From Macrostomum hystrix (lineage: Eukaryota > Animalia > Platyhelminthes): a stretch of DNA of 64,000 bases. This document shows, piece after piece, positions 12,345 through 24,047 of the stretch (position 1 is its first letter; the number at the start of each line of letters is the position of its first letter). The stretch is taken from contig CATNEN010000003.1 of assembly GCA_950097015.1 (NCBI GenBank), positions 15,872,001 through 15,936,000 on the forward strand, given 5' to 3'. Under the pieces are notes generated by a model. That model was not told where the DNA came from. It worked only from the letters and a program-made list of their open reading frames with translations, and did not search any database. Both the position numbers and the translations under genes were made by a program.

Positions 12345-12988
12345 GGGTAATGTATCATCAACCAAACAAGAATGTGTATTTTTTTAACTTCAAACCTAAG
12401 CTACAGATTTTCTATTTAAGATATGATGATAAATCAAAAGCCAAGTTATAGAAAACAGTTACATCTTTCTAAAAAGTATCTGCTTTTGCTATTTTGACAA
12501 ATAGAAAAAATGTTATTCCTGCTTTTTATCTAAAACCGAACAATGATTTTCATGTATCTTCAAACCAAACAGCGAATTTGATGTTTGGTTTTACTATTTG
12601 AGTGAGTGGTTTAATCTTATTTTTAAGGAGTGATCTATCATGAATTATGTCATTTGAAAGCATTTTTCATGCTCTATAAATAACTACATTTATGGTCATT
12701 TAATTGGCAAGCAACCGCATACAATCTTCGTCTAAAGTACATACTGAAAAAATGTTGTTAAAAAGTATGCTTTTGCAAAAAAAATTTCTACTGAAACATC
12801 AATATCTTTTTTTCCTCTTAATGCTTCATTGCACATCATGCCTCAGCTTGTAGATAATTTCTTCAACTTTCAAATTAGTTGTTCTGTGAAACACAATAGC
12901 TTGTTTCTGTCTTGCACGAGACCAAGGAAGGAGTCAAAATTCTTGTTCGGTTTTGAAGATACACTGTTCGGTTGATGATACATTACCC
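12345..12988. mobile_element. MITE-like non-autonomous DNA transposon flanked by TA
   Basis: Terminal inverted repeats GGGTAATGTATCATCAACC(A/G)AACA at both ends; TA at 12343-12344 and 12989-12990; AT-rich non-coding interior with internal AAACC(G/A)AACA motifs. Confidence 0.75.
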
Positions 12989-13129
12989 TAGTACCATATG
13001 GGTATGTCATTTATTTTTATTATCATTGAAACGGTCAGCAGAGCTTTGAATTGGCAGCAACCAACGGTATAGTATGGCTTTAGTTGAACATTAAAATGGC
13101 TCATGCTAAAGAAAAGTAAAAAAATTAAC

Positions 13130-13610
13130 AAGAAAGACTGCAGATCACAAAGGAAAAGGTGTTTTCTTGGAAAGAAATTAGTTGCAACCATGTTATAACA
13201 ACTTTATTTGAAACACAGAAAGACCTGTGGCTACAAAACAACTGTGTTAAAAAGGTTGTCACCAAAATGTCCATGACTGTCACCAAAATGTCCCAGGTTG
13301 TCACTGAAACATCTGTCACTGAAATGACCCGGGACCCTTTGGAATGACATGGGCATGTTGGGGCAGTGCTCACAGTCCTTGCTGTTTTGAAGAAGCCCAT
13401 ACTTGGCTAGCCACTGAGTGCCTGTCTCACCAGTTAGTGTTGTCAATTCACAATGGTTGATCATACATGCGCAACACCCGGCCGCATTGTCCCTTGGTCC
13501 CCCCTTTGATTTTTTGCACTTGGTCAATTGGTTTTTGCAACTTACCTTGCTTGGCCCTTGTTTCACCCGGCTGGTTCTGCTGGGTTGGCTGGGTGTTGCG
13601 CATGTATGTA
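13130..13610 (-). mobile_element. Decayed Merlin-like transposon N-terminal fragment, with duplicated segments nearby
   Basis: The minus strand encodes WLAKYGLLQNSKDCEHCPNMPM, which resembles the Merlin N-terminal W..GLL...CxxC Zn-ribbon start. 13487-13600 is a direct repeat of 11663-11780, and 13165-13340 is an inverted repeat of 12075-12270. Confidence 0.55.
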
Positions 13611-14395
13611 TTACATTACCAATTGAAAAGTTTTTTGTGCCATTATATCCTGCCAGCTGCTTTGCTATTCACTAAAATTTCCACTTGCTAAAATTATCTT
13701 AGCTGCTACACTACTGAATTTCACAAATGCCATAGGCCTATTTACTATGTGACTATGTATTGAGGTCTCTTAATACTATTTAGGATTTGGTGGCTAGCCA
13801 AATTTCACCTGCTAGAAAATTTAGTATAGAAAATAATATTGCAAAGCAAACTCAAAAATTTCCATAGTAGCTATTAGGCAAATCTTTTTTTCTGTTTGTA
13901 CCATGTTTTTTTTATAATTCTATAATTGGCATAATCAAGTTTATAATAATTTCTTGTCATTCATATTTGCATTTTAATTGGCTTTTCTATCTAATGTATT
14001 TATGTTCAACAACAAAGGTGTCTGTCCGTTATGAAAAATTGTAGACCTGATAGTGATACTTATATTAATAGTTTGTATTGTTTGTTCAATAGATTCATGC
14101 ATATATTACACTGATATAGGTCAGTTTAGTAATATAAACTTTTGATAATTTTCACAGCTTTTGGGGACCATGCAGTGGTTGTTACATTTGTTACATTCAA
14201 TAGTTAGAAAATGTAACTAAAGACATAATTAGTTTTAAACGAAGTGTTTTTTTATAAAATCACATTGATATTTTAGTCCTGAGGTATAGTAAGCTATGCT
14301 AAATTTTAGCAAAAATCTATGACTGCATTGATCATTTTGATATTTTTTATTGCAGCTCGTCTGCCACTAAAAGAAGCCAGCCCAATTCATTAATC

Positions 14396-14602
14396 ATGGA
14401 CTCAAAGACAGGTCAGCCCCGCCTAGCTCGCGTTACCAAGGTGATTGGCCGCACAGGCTCTCAGGGTCAGTGCACCCAGGTGCGCGTTGAATTTCTTGAC
14501 GAGAGCAGTCGATCAATTATTCGCAACGTCAAAGGCCCGGTACGAGAGGGCGACATTCTCACCCTGTTGGAGTCTGAGCGAGAGGCTAGAAGGCTGCGTT
14601 AA
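14396..14602 (+). CDS. RPS28: 40S ribosomal protein S28 (eS28)
   Basis: Intact 68-aa ORF with [19 protein letters not shown]...[31 protein letters not shown] splice acceptor (TTTTTTTATTGCAG, ending 14355) lies in the 5' leader. Confidence 0.98.
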   Translation: MDSKTGQPRLARVTKVIGRTGSQGQCTQVRVEFLDESSRSIIRNVKGPVREGDILTLLESEREARRLR

Positions 14603-14825
14603 TAGATGCCTGCATTCTGCATGCTGAAACAAACTGACTTAATGAACCTGAAATGATGCTTGTTGATTGAGCAATGAAATATATTCACCACAGGAAATGG
14701 TCTACATCAGTTTGAAAGGTTAAAGCTCTGCTACTTTTCAGGCATGTCGAGTTAAATTGCCTTGGATTAAAAAAGTTGATACTTTGTTTCGCTTCTTATA
14801 AGTGTTGGTTATTTTGGTAAGCTTA

Positions 14826-15111
14826 ATAATAATAATGATATTTGCTGGACTGAATCATTAGCACACACCCACACAGATACTGTACGCAGGGAACCTCACA
14901 CAGGTGTGTACATCTGCCCTGACTTTCTCATCGTCAGGCAGTGTACACTCTCACTGTGCCTTGGAGGTTGGCCCTCAAGGGCGTAAATTGCACGACAAGC
15001 CCCCAAGCCTTCTCTCCGCGGCTGCGCCCCAAATTAATGCGGCCTTGTGTCAGAATCGAGCTCAGGGACCTTGGTGCGAGAGGCAACCGCGTTAGCCGCT
15101 CTGCCACCGAC
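14826..15111 (-). mobile_element. tRNA-derived SINE copy lacking the 3' hairpin region
   Basis: Head GTCGGTGGCAGAGCGGCTAACGCG and body match the 25849 copy; short (ATT)n tail near 14826. Confidence 0.85.
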
Positions 15112-15566
15112 CCCTTTTTGTAATTTGTTTCACATTTTGTTTCGGAAAACATTCAGGTTAACTACTTGTAGTAGGAATTGTAGAAACAGTCTTTATACAG
15201 TACAGTACTTTTGAATAATAAAATATTGTAGTTTTTTAGCCTACATGTCGTGAATAGATTCCTCTGAGTGCTTATATTTAGTGGACCATAATTTACATTA
15301 GAACTAAACTGGCCATCTAAAACCGTGCTCAATGTGCTGCAACTGACATTACATTATTAGATTTAGTTTTGCGTTGCAACTTATAGCAATTAAGCGTGTT
15401 TGGCTGGGTGAAATGTGAAACCGTTAGTTAGAGACAGAAATTTTGTGTCACATTTGTGCACTAATAATATAAATTGCTTTAATTACTAATGTGTTACTTT
15501 ATTATATACTTAGACTTATTAACTTCCTAAAATATACGAGTACATTTTACTGTGTAGGCGCACAAG

Positions 15567-17958
15567 AAGTTCCTCTGATCCTTCAGTTCCTCTGATCCTT
15601 CAGTTCCTCTGATCCTTCAGTTCCTCTGATCCTTCAGTTCATCGGATCCTTCAGTTCCTCTGATCCTTCAGTGTCTCTGATCCTTCAGTGTCTCTGATCC
15701 TTCAGTGTCTCTGATCCTTCAGTGTCTCTGATCCTTCAGTGTCTCTGATCCTTCAGTGTCTCTGATCCTTCAGTGTCTCTGATCCTTCAGTTCCTCTGAT
15801 CCTTCAGTTCCTCTGATCTTTCAGTTCCTCTGACCCTTCAGTTCCTCAGATCCTTCAGTGTCTCTGATCCTTCAGTTCCTCTGATCCTTCAGTTCCTCTG
15901 ATCCTTCAGTGTCTCTGATCCTTCAGTTCCTCAGATCCTTCAGTGTCTCTGATCCTTCAGTTCCTCAGATCCTTCAGTTCCTCTGATCCTTCAGTTCCTC
16001 TGATCCTTCAGTGTCTCTGATCCTTCAGTTCCTCAGATCCTTCAGTGTCTCTGATCCTTCAGTTCCTCAGATCCTTCAGTTCCTCTGATCCTTCAGTGTC
16101 TCTGATCCTTCAGTTCCTCAGATCCTTCAGTTCCTCTGATCCTTCAGTGTCTCTGATCCTTCAGTTCCTCAGATCCTTCAGTGTCTCTGATCCTTCAGTT
16201 CCTCTGATCCTTCAGTTCCTCTGATCCTTCAGTTCCTCTGATCCTTCAGTGTCTCTGATCCTTCAGTTCCTCAGATCCTTCAGTGTCTCTGATCCTTCAG
16301 TTCCTCAGATCCTTCAGTTCCTCTGATCCTTCAGTTCATCGGATCCTTCAGTGTCTCTGATCCTTCAGTTCCTCTGATCCTTCAGTTCCTCTGATCCTTC
16401 AGTTCCTCTGATCCTTCAGTTCCTCAGATCCTTCAGTTCCTCTGATCCTTCAGTGTCTCTGATCCTTCAGTTCCTCTGATCCTTCAGTTCCTCTGATCCT
16501 TCAGTTCCTCTGATCCTTCAGTTCCTCAGATCCTTCAGTGTCTCTGATCCTTCAGTTCCTCTGATCCTTCAGTTCCTCTGATCCTTCAGTGTCTCTGATC
16601 CTTCAGTTCCTCAGATCCTTCAGTGTCTCTGATCCTTCAGTTCCTCAGATCCTTCAGTGTCTCTGATCCTTCAGTTCCTCAGATCCTTCAGTTCCTCTGA
16701 TCCTTCAGTGTCTCTGATCCTTCAGTTCCTCAGATCCTTTAGTGTCTCTGATCCTTCAGTTCCTCAGATCCTTCAGTTCCTCTGATCCTTCAGTTCATCG
16801 GATCCTTCAGTTCCTCTGATCCTTCAGTGTCTCTGATCCTTCAGTTCCTCAGATCCTTCAGTTCCTCAGATCCTTCAGTTCCTCTGATCCTTCAGTTCAT
16901 CGGATCCTTCAGTTCATCGGATCCTTCAGTTCCTCTGATCCTTCAGTTCCTCTGATCCTTCAGTTCATCGGATCCTTCAGTTCATCGGATCCTTCAGTTC
17001 CTCTGATCCTTCAGTGTCTCTGATCCTTCAGTTCCTCTGATCCTTCAGTTCCTCTGATCCTTCAGTTCCTCTGATCCTTCAGTTCCTCTGATCCTTCAGT
17101 TCCTCTGATCCTTCAGTTCCTCTGATCCTTCAGTTCCTCAGATCCTTCAGTTCCTCTGATCCTTCAGTTCCTCTGATCCTTCAGTTCCTCTGATCCTTCA
17201 GTTCCTCAGATCCTTCAGTGTCTCTGATCCTTCAGTTCCTCTGATCCTTCAGTGTCTCTGATCCTTCAGTTCCTCAGATCCTTCAGTTCCTCAGATCCTT
17301 CAGTGTCTCTGATCTTTCAGTGTCTCTGATCCTTCAGTGTCTCTGATCCTTCAGTGTCTCTGATCCTTCAGTGTCTCTGATCCTTCAGTTCCTCTGATCC
17401 TTCAGTTCCTCTGATCCTTCAGTTCCTCAGATCCTTCAGTTCCTCTGATCCTTCAGTGTCTCTGATCCTTCAGTTCCTCAGATCCTTCAGTTCCTCTGAT
17501 CCTTCAGTGTCTCTGATCCTTCAGTGTCTCTGATCCTTCAGTGTCTCTGATCCTTCAGTTCCTCAGATCCTTCAGTGTCTCTGATCCTTCAGTTCATCGG
17601 ATCCTTCAGTTCCTCTGATCCTTCAGTGTCTCTGATCCTTCAGTTCCTCAGATCCTTCAGTGTCTCTGATCCTTCAGTTCATCGGATCCTTCAGTTCCTC
17701 TGATCCTTCAGTGTCTCTGATCCTTCAGTGTCTCTGATCCTTCAGTTCCTCAGATCCTTCAGTGTCTCTGATCCTTCAGTTCATCGGATCCTTCAGTTCC
17801 TCTGATCCTTCAGTGTCTCTGATCCTTCAGTTCCTCAGATCCTTCAGTTCCTCTGATCCTTCAGTTCATCGGATCCTTCAGTTCCTCTGATCCTTCAGTG
17901 TCTCTGATCCTTCAGTTCCTCAGATCCTTCACTTCCTCCAATCCTTCACTTCCTCTGA
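15567..17958. repeat. 17-bp minisatellite (GTTCCTCTGATCCTTCA)n, ~140 units, four interspersed variants
   Basis: Direct periodicity; variant cores TTCCTCT, TGTCTCT, TTCCTCA, TTCATCG. Confidence 0.97.
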
Positions 17959-19143
17959 TCAGCTTACAGAAACGCGCATGTGTATCCATTTACCGAATTC
18001 GTTTTTGTCCCTCAGAGCCAGAATTTCTAAATAGCATGGACCGGTGTTTTATTGCAGTCAATTTTCCACAGATCCATAAATTTTCTAGTGGTTCTGAAAA
18101 AACGTACACCATGCACATGTTCATAAAATTATGTGCCTGATCAACTTTGAGGGAAATTGTGCCATCGAATAGGACACTTGCCATAGTCAAGCCATATAGT
18201 CTATATCTGAGACTATAGCGACTACCATTTTGGTAGTTTGGTCGACCTAGATAGAGTTACAAGTTGAACCCCATCGGGTATCAGAAAATCAAAATGTCGA
18301 CATACAGCTTGCTCCAAACTGGATCCTACATTCTCGTAGCTGCGCCGCAATTTAGGCCAACTTCGATCAATATGGCGTTTTAACTTTTGTGTCCATAAAT
18401 GCCAGCAACGAGTTTCTAATCGTTCTCGCTGATGCGGTTAGTCAACTTAATTTTGGGAGTCATTGCTCCCAGAGGATTCAGCGTTGTAGCACTCTATAAA
18501 CTGCGGAACAGGAACCGAGTTGTCGCTAAAGTTTCTGTGCGTCAGTTCTACAATTGACAATTGATACGTGAAAGTCCATCATAGTATCAAAATTTTCCGC
18601 CATTTACAATGAACTAACTTTAAGAGCCGTCCAACGAGAGCATCGTCGAGATATTAATTCTCGTCGAATCGTTGAATATCTAGACGATGTCGATATTTGT
18701 GATTCTGGAAGCTGTATAAGAGCTTAATTTATATACCAGATCGAAGAGCAAGAAGACTTTATAGTTGCTTTACGATTTTTCGCCATTGCTGCCTTGCGAC
18801 CCGTGGGCATTAAACTAAACAGTTGAAAATACACACAGGGTCGTGGGTTTGGTGAATAACGATTAGTATAAGCTGGCTCTGCCCCGGCAGGAAACGATAG
18901 GGTGATCCTGTGTGCAACCAATCACATATTATCTGCACCAAAATTTCTCGCCCAGCACTGCTCACCGAAATACTGTTACTATAGAAAGCTGCTGTTGGAA
19001 GAGGAAGAATTATTCTTGTGTATTGTATTGCTGCATGGCTATAGCTAGTGTATAGCCCATGTTCTTGGACCATTCAGCTAGAATTAGCTCAATATCACAG
19101 ATCGATTATCTACGAAACAGGCCGTCGAGTAACGAAGAAGAAG

Positions 19144-22100
19144 ATGCAGACTGAAATGATGAGGCGTCGTCAAATTCTTCGCGGCTACGTGGACAACTTC
19201 ACCAGCAACACCACGGCCCACGGCATCAGTAGAGCCAATTCCCAGCAGAACTGGGTCCGCGTAGTCTGGGTTGGCATTGTCGTGTCCGCCTCCCTAGGCG
19301 CCATCTTTCACGCCACTCAGCAGGTGACAACCTACCTGCAGTATCCAGTGAGCAGCACAAATCGCATGGAGCCAAACTCCTTTGAATTTCCCGACTTGAC
19401 TCTGTGCGATCCACTCAACAAGCGATTCTTTCACATGAGCAGCGATGAGCAGGGCAGGCGCAGCAACCGCAGTGAAGAACTGGTGACCACCTACAGTCTA
19501 GTATATAGCTACTTTACCACCGAAACAGACTGGCGCAAAGAGCGCAAGGCTATCGAAATGATCTACACTACCTGGGAGCATGTGCTCAACATCACGGACG
19601 TTAATATCCGACCATTGGACATGGTGCTTCATTGCACATTCGATGGGGAGCCCTGTGGTCATGAGGACTTTCAGGTGTTCTACCACCGAATGTACACCAA
19701 CTGCTTCACGTTTCGCTCGCCAGTGCGACGACTGCGTAGCAGCGGCATGGACCGCGGCCTCTTCCTGCTGCTGTATGTGCCCTCCGCTGATGTCAGCCTG
19801 AAGATTGACAGCCTCGCCAGACTGGCGTCGGGTCTGGAGAACAATGGGATCAGGTTTCAGATTCACCAGCGGGACACCATCCCGCATCCGCTGGAGTATG
19901 GCATCATGGCTCCAACCGGAACACTGACGGCTGTTGGCCTGGAACAGGTGACTACAACTCTGGCTAACACTCCTACGCATCCGTGCATTCCCGAGATGCA
20001 ACTGGAGCTCTACGACAATCAGTTCAACTTCACACGCATCTACGACCGTCAGCTGTTCGACTGCATCAAGGCCGAGTACCATCGGGAAGTTCGCGAACGC
20101 TGTGGCTGCGCTCTGGAGAGTCACGTGATTGTGAACCACGAGTTCAACTGCACGGCTGAGACCTTCTGTCACGACCTGATTGGCATGCGCAATCCTAGCC
20201 GGCTCCAGTCGGTGAAGCAGCTCTACAGACAGGTCCTGGCCGATGTTGGTGAGCCGCACAAACTCGCCGACTACATCCGCATCGGCCAGCAGATGCGCCG
20301 CGCCGACCCAGCACTGGACGAGTCGCTCAATCGCATGATGTGCTCCGACAATGTCTCGGAGAATGTTGTCAAACCGGAGCGCTGCTACGACTCGTGCAAC
20401 TACAACAAGTACTCGTACAGTTTGTCGCAGTGTCCCTGGCCAGAGGACTCGTTTGAGGTGCGCAACGCTCAGATTCAGATGATCAAAATCGCCGAGATGT
20501 TGGACATCTATCGAGAGCAGCACAGGACTCGCCTGCCACCGCCAGCCCTGGCGAAATCCATGCAGCACCACAATTTGAGTACAGCTAGCTGCCAGACCTA
20601 CGACACTCAGAACATGACGGTGCCTAACCAGGAGGAGTGCAAGCGGGTGCAGGGCTTCGTCAGACGGTCCATCGTTCAGTTGAGAGTCTACCCCGAGACT
20701 CTGACTGTCAGGCACACCATTGAAGAGCGCAGCTATGAGCTTGTTAATCTGTGCTCCGACTTTGGCGGTAAGTTTACAAATCGGCATTATGAATGGATTG
20801 TCCAGTCATTGCCAGGAAATTGCAAGTGGTATCCCAAAAGTTCCTAATAGCTCTGCAATGATAGAAAACTCTAATTTAAAAACCTCTAAAACATCCAAAA
20901 CATTTTTTTCTAACTAATTCAGGTCGAGAATTACGTATATCGATATAAAAACCTCCCATACACTAGCTCATCTCTTTGATGCACATGCAAGGAATATCAC
21001 GCTCTTAATAGAGGGGAAAACAGCAAAGTTACATTTAATAGTGTCCCTGTTTTAGCCCAATAATTAAGTATCGAACAAGTGGCCCTCCACAATATACAAT
21101 CCAGACTTTGTACAGCTTATTATCCATTTAATTTATGAATGCTTATGAGTAGACTTGAGCTGTTACAATCACTATAGCCTAATGCTTAAACAGACTCAAG
21201 AAAACTTGTTTATAAGTTGTCAGTGTCTTCAATACCATTCCAACTTTGGGATCTGGCTACAGACAAACAAATTGTATCGGCTCTGATCCTGCTGAAGTTG
21301 CGCAGTTACTATAAGAAGCAGGTGCTGCCAGCCCTGAGAAGCCCTGCAGGCAGGCAGGTCTGTGCTGCAGTGTGCGCCGATCAATAAATATTAGAATACA
21401 TAATAAAATGTTCATGCTACATGCACAGTTCAATTCCAAGTTAACAAGCTGTATCTAAGTACCAAATCTATCTATTGAGTGGCTATGTTAGCCATGCAGC
21501 AGGGTCAGTATTTTAGTATGAGATGTATATGCTGTTTTTCAATATTGATTTACAAATTTCTCGGATCTTATAAAATATCTCATCGAATGCTTAAATATAA
21601 TAATGATTGCTAGAGGGCTGCGGGCAATGGCACATCATTAGGTGGCACTAGACCCGCAGCCAGCGAGGAGGCAATTCGGCCCATTTCGCTGACTCCTGAG
21701 CACACACGTACGCAGGCACACGCTCACACAGGTGTGTACATCTGCCCTGACTTTCTCATCGTCAGGCGAATCTGTACACTCTCACTGTGCTTTGGAGGTT
21801 GGCCCTCTAGTGCGTAAATTGCACGACAAGCCCCCAAGCATTCTTTTCGCGGCTGCGCCCCAAATTAATGAATGTGGCCTCGCGGCGGAATCGAGCTCAG
21901 GGACCTTTGCGCGAGAGGCAAACGCGTTAACCGCAGTGCTTAAGCATGGTTGAGCCATAGACAAAAAGCCATGTTAGCTACGCTCGTACAAATAGTTTTT
22001 TATCGAATGAAATTGTATCTACAAAGTCTTTCTAGTCCTTCTATACTCTAGTATAGTCATTTTTGCAGCCAAGGACTTCTTTTCGTGCCAAAGCACCGGT

Positions 22101-23908
22101 ATCCTACCGCAGACTCCAGGCTTTAAATATGCTTTTAACTCACTTTAATCGTTGCTATAGATATGCGAAGCGCGAGTTTTATTTCGGACACGACATTTTT
22201 GTGTTTTTTGTCACGCCGAGAAGCAAATGTGCATTGTCCAAGAGACCACACAAGCAAGATAAATGCCGACAGATGTAAATTTTTAATGACCAGACAGTGC
22301 AGTAAAGCCGCATTAACGCACTAATCTGGTCATTTTGCAGTGCTCATTTTTTTGCAACCAGTGCCAGCCCAGAAGATAATCTAATTTGTATTGACGCCTT
22401 TTATTAACATCAGTGTGTCCCATACAAATCCATCAGTGCTCGATACTCGATAATGCTCAGATCGCAAAATGTTTTTTTTATTCGCCCCTAAAGGCTGCTC
22501 TTGGCCATTACTCAGCCACAGTGTTACTGTTTCGCGTTGTTCGAGACTATCGTTTGAAATAGTGCTAAATTATTCGCGTGACTTTTTATCCATTTGTGCA
22601 AAAAATTATAATACATTGTACCATGACCTTTCTGCCCGGCGGGCCAATATCTGTGCCCGTTAATAGTCCTTCTCCAACCGCTCAATCGTCAGCAGGTCAG
22701 CTTCGTTCAATTCAGGGAACTCAGTCATCGTCGACAAGAACTGATCAATGCGACTTGACTCCAGTATCGGAAGCCCATTGTATTGCGAGATAGTCGAGTC
22801 CTTTTGACGCGGCTGACAATCCAGCAATGTCTTCTTCGAGAATACCGTCGTAGTTAATCATGGTCTCTGTGGAATGCTACGTAGAATTTTTAAAGAACTG
22901 TTTTTCAGTTCCAATTCTCTGTTCCTCTGTAGAGCGAGAACAGATCTTTTGGCTTAGTCTACGATTTGACTTTCTAGTAAAATAGTCTATGGTAGTGACT
23001 TAAACTAAAATAGTCCCACACCCCGAAGTGGGGCTCTGCCCCCACACCCCCATCTCTGACTCTCTGAAAGTGTAGCTTGGGCAAAAATGTCTATGGCACA
23101 ATATACCAATATTGATAGGCTGCAGAGGGCTGAAACGAGGTTGAAACTAACGGCAGCCCCCTCTGCTGTTGTCTATGGTCGAATTTCATATACCATATTC
23201 CATGAAGTAGTACCGAGTAACCGATTTTGATCAAAGTCCACCCATATGGAACAAAATTTTCCGCCCTTTGGATGAACTAAATTTCATTCGGATTAGGCTA
23301 CTGTGCTGTCGACTACACATCTGGCCCAATGGGGCGGCAGGTGTAGACAATGAATTCAATCATGTTCCACCCCAAAAAGACTAATTGATGCGCTGATAAA
23401 GGACAAAAACCCACAAGCGAGGATTTGCTTATCTCTAGATATTTCTTTTGAATTTATTACACTTACTTCCGTTTCGTTAAAAAAAAAGAGAAAAAAAATT
23501 CTGCTTGCAAACAAATTTATTTCACAATCTCATTCCCGCAGGCGTCCTAGGTCTCTGGATCGGGTTCAGCATAGTGACCATCTTTGAGTTTGCTGAAATA
23601 TTCATCATTTGCGCATCGTACTATTGGTACAGACTGATTGGAAGGCTGCCAAGAGCAAAGCGTAATCCTATGCTGGTCCCAAAGAAGCCCGGCAGTACGC
23701 AGCAGCAGCAGCAGCAGCAACAGCATCAGCAACAGCGTCAGCAACAGCTGCAACAAGAGTTCGGTAGAGAGACGGAACTTCTAGTCAGCGCTTCACCCAT
23801 CGGTTTGACCTCCTCGGCACCGATCAGCATACAGTCCTCCGTAAATTTTAGAAACAGCCAGCCGCAGTCTTCTCATTTGAGTTCGCGTTGGCAAAAGCTT
23901 CATCTTTT

Positions 23909-23948
<40 letters not shown>

Positions 23949-24047
23949 AATACTTCACCTAACCCAGATCTACCTCAATATCCAGTGGCCCACGACACGA
24001 ACGCGTCTAACAGCAACCGGAATCGAGTCTACGCTCTGATTGGCTGA
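19144..24047 (+). CDS. DEG/ENaC (amiloride-sensitive, ASIC/FaNaC-like) sodium channel subunit
   Basis: Two exons, 19144-20767 and 23542-24047 (G|GTAAGT ... CCCGCAG|GC, phase 1). Motifs: F..NTTAHGI (HG motif), TM1 (VVWVGIVV), FPDLTLC, CTFDGEPC, NCFTF, Cys-rich thumb, and TM2 SDFGGVLGLWIGFSIVTIFE. Poly-Gln C-terminal tail. The start Met (19144 or a nearby Met) is uncertain. Confidence 0.93.
21596..21935 (-). mobile_element. tRNA-derived SINE, near full length, antisense in the DEG/ENaC intron
   Basis: Colinear with the other copies from the (ATT)n-like tail to the GCGGTTAACGCG head. Confidence 0.9.

Noticed and set aside
19498-20787. 429-aa antisense ORF over the DEG/ENaC exon
   Set aside because: Expected shadow ORF from GC-rich codon usage on the coding strand; no recognisable motifs.
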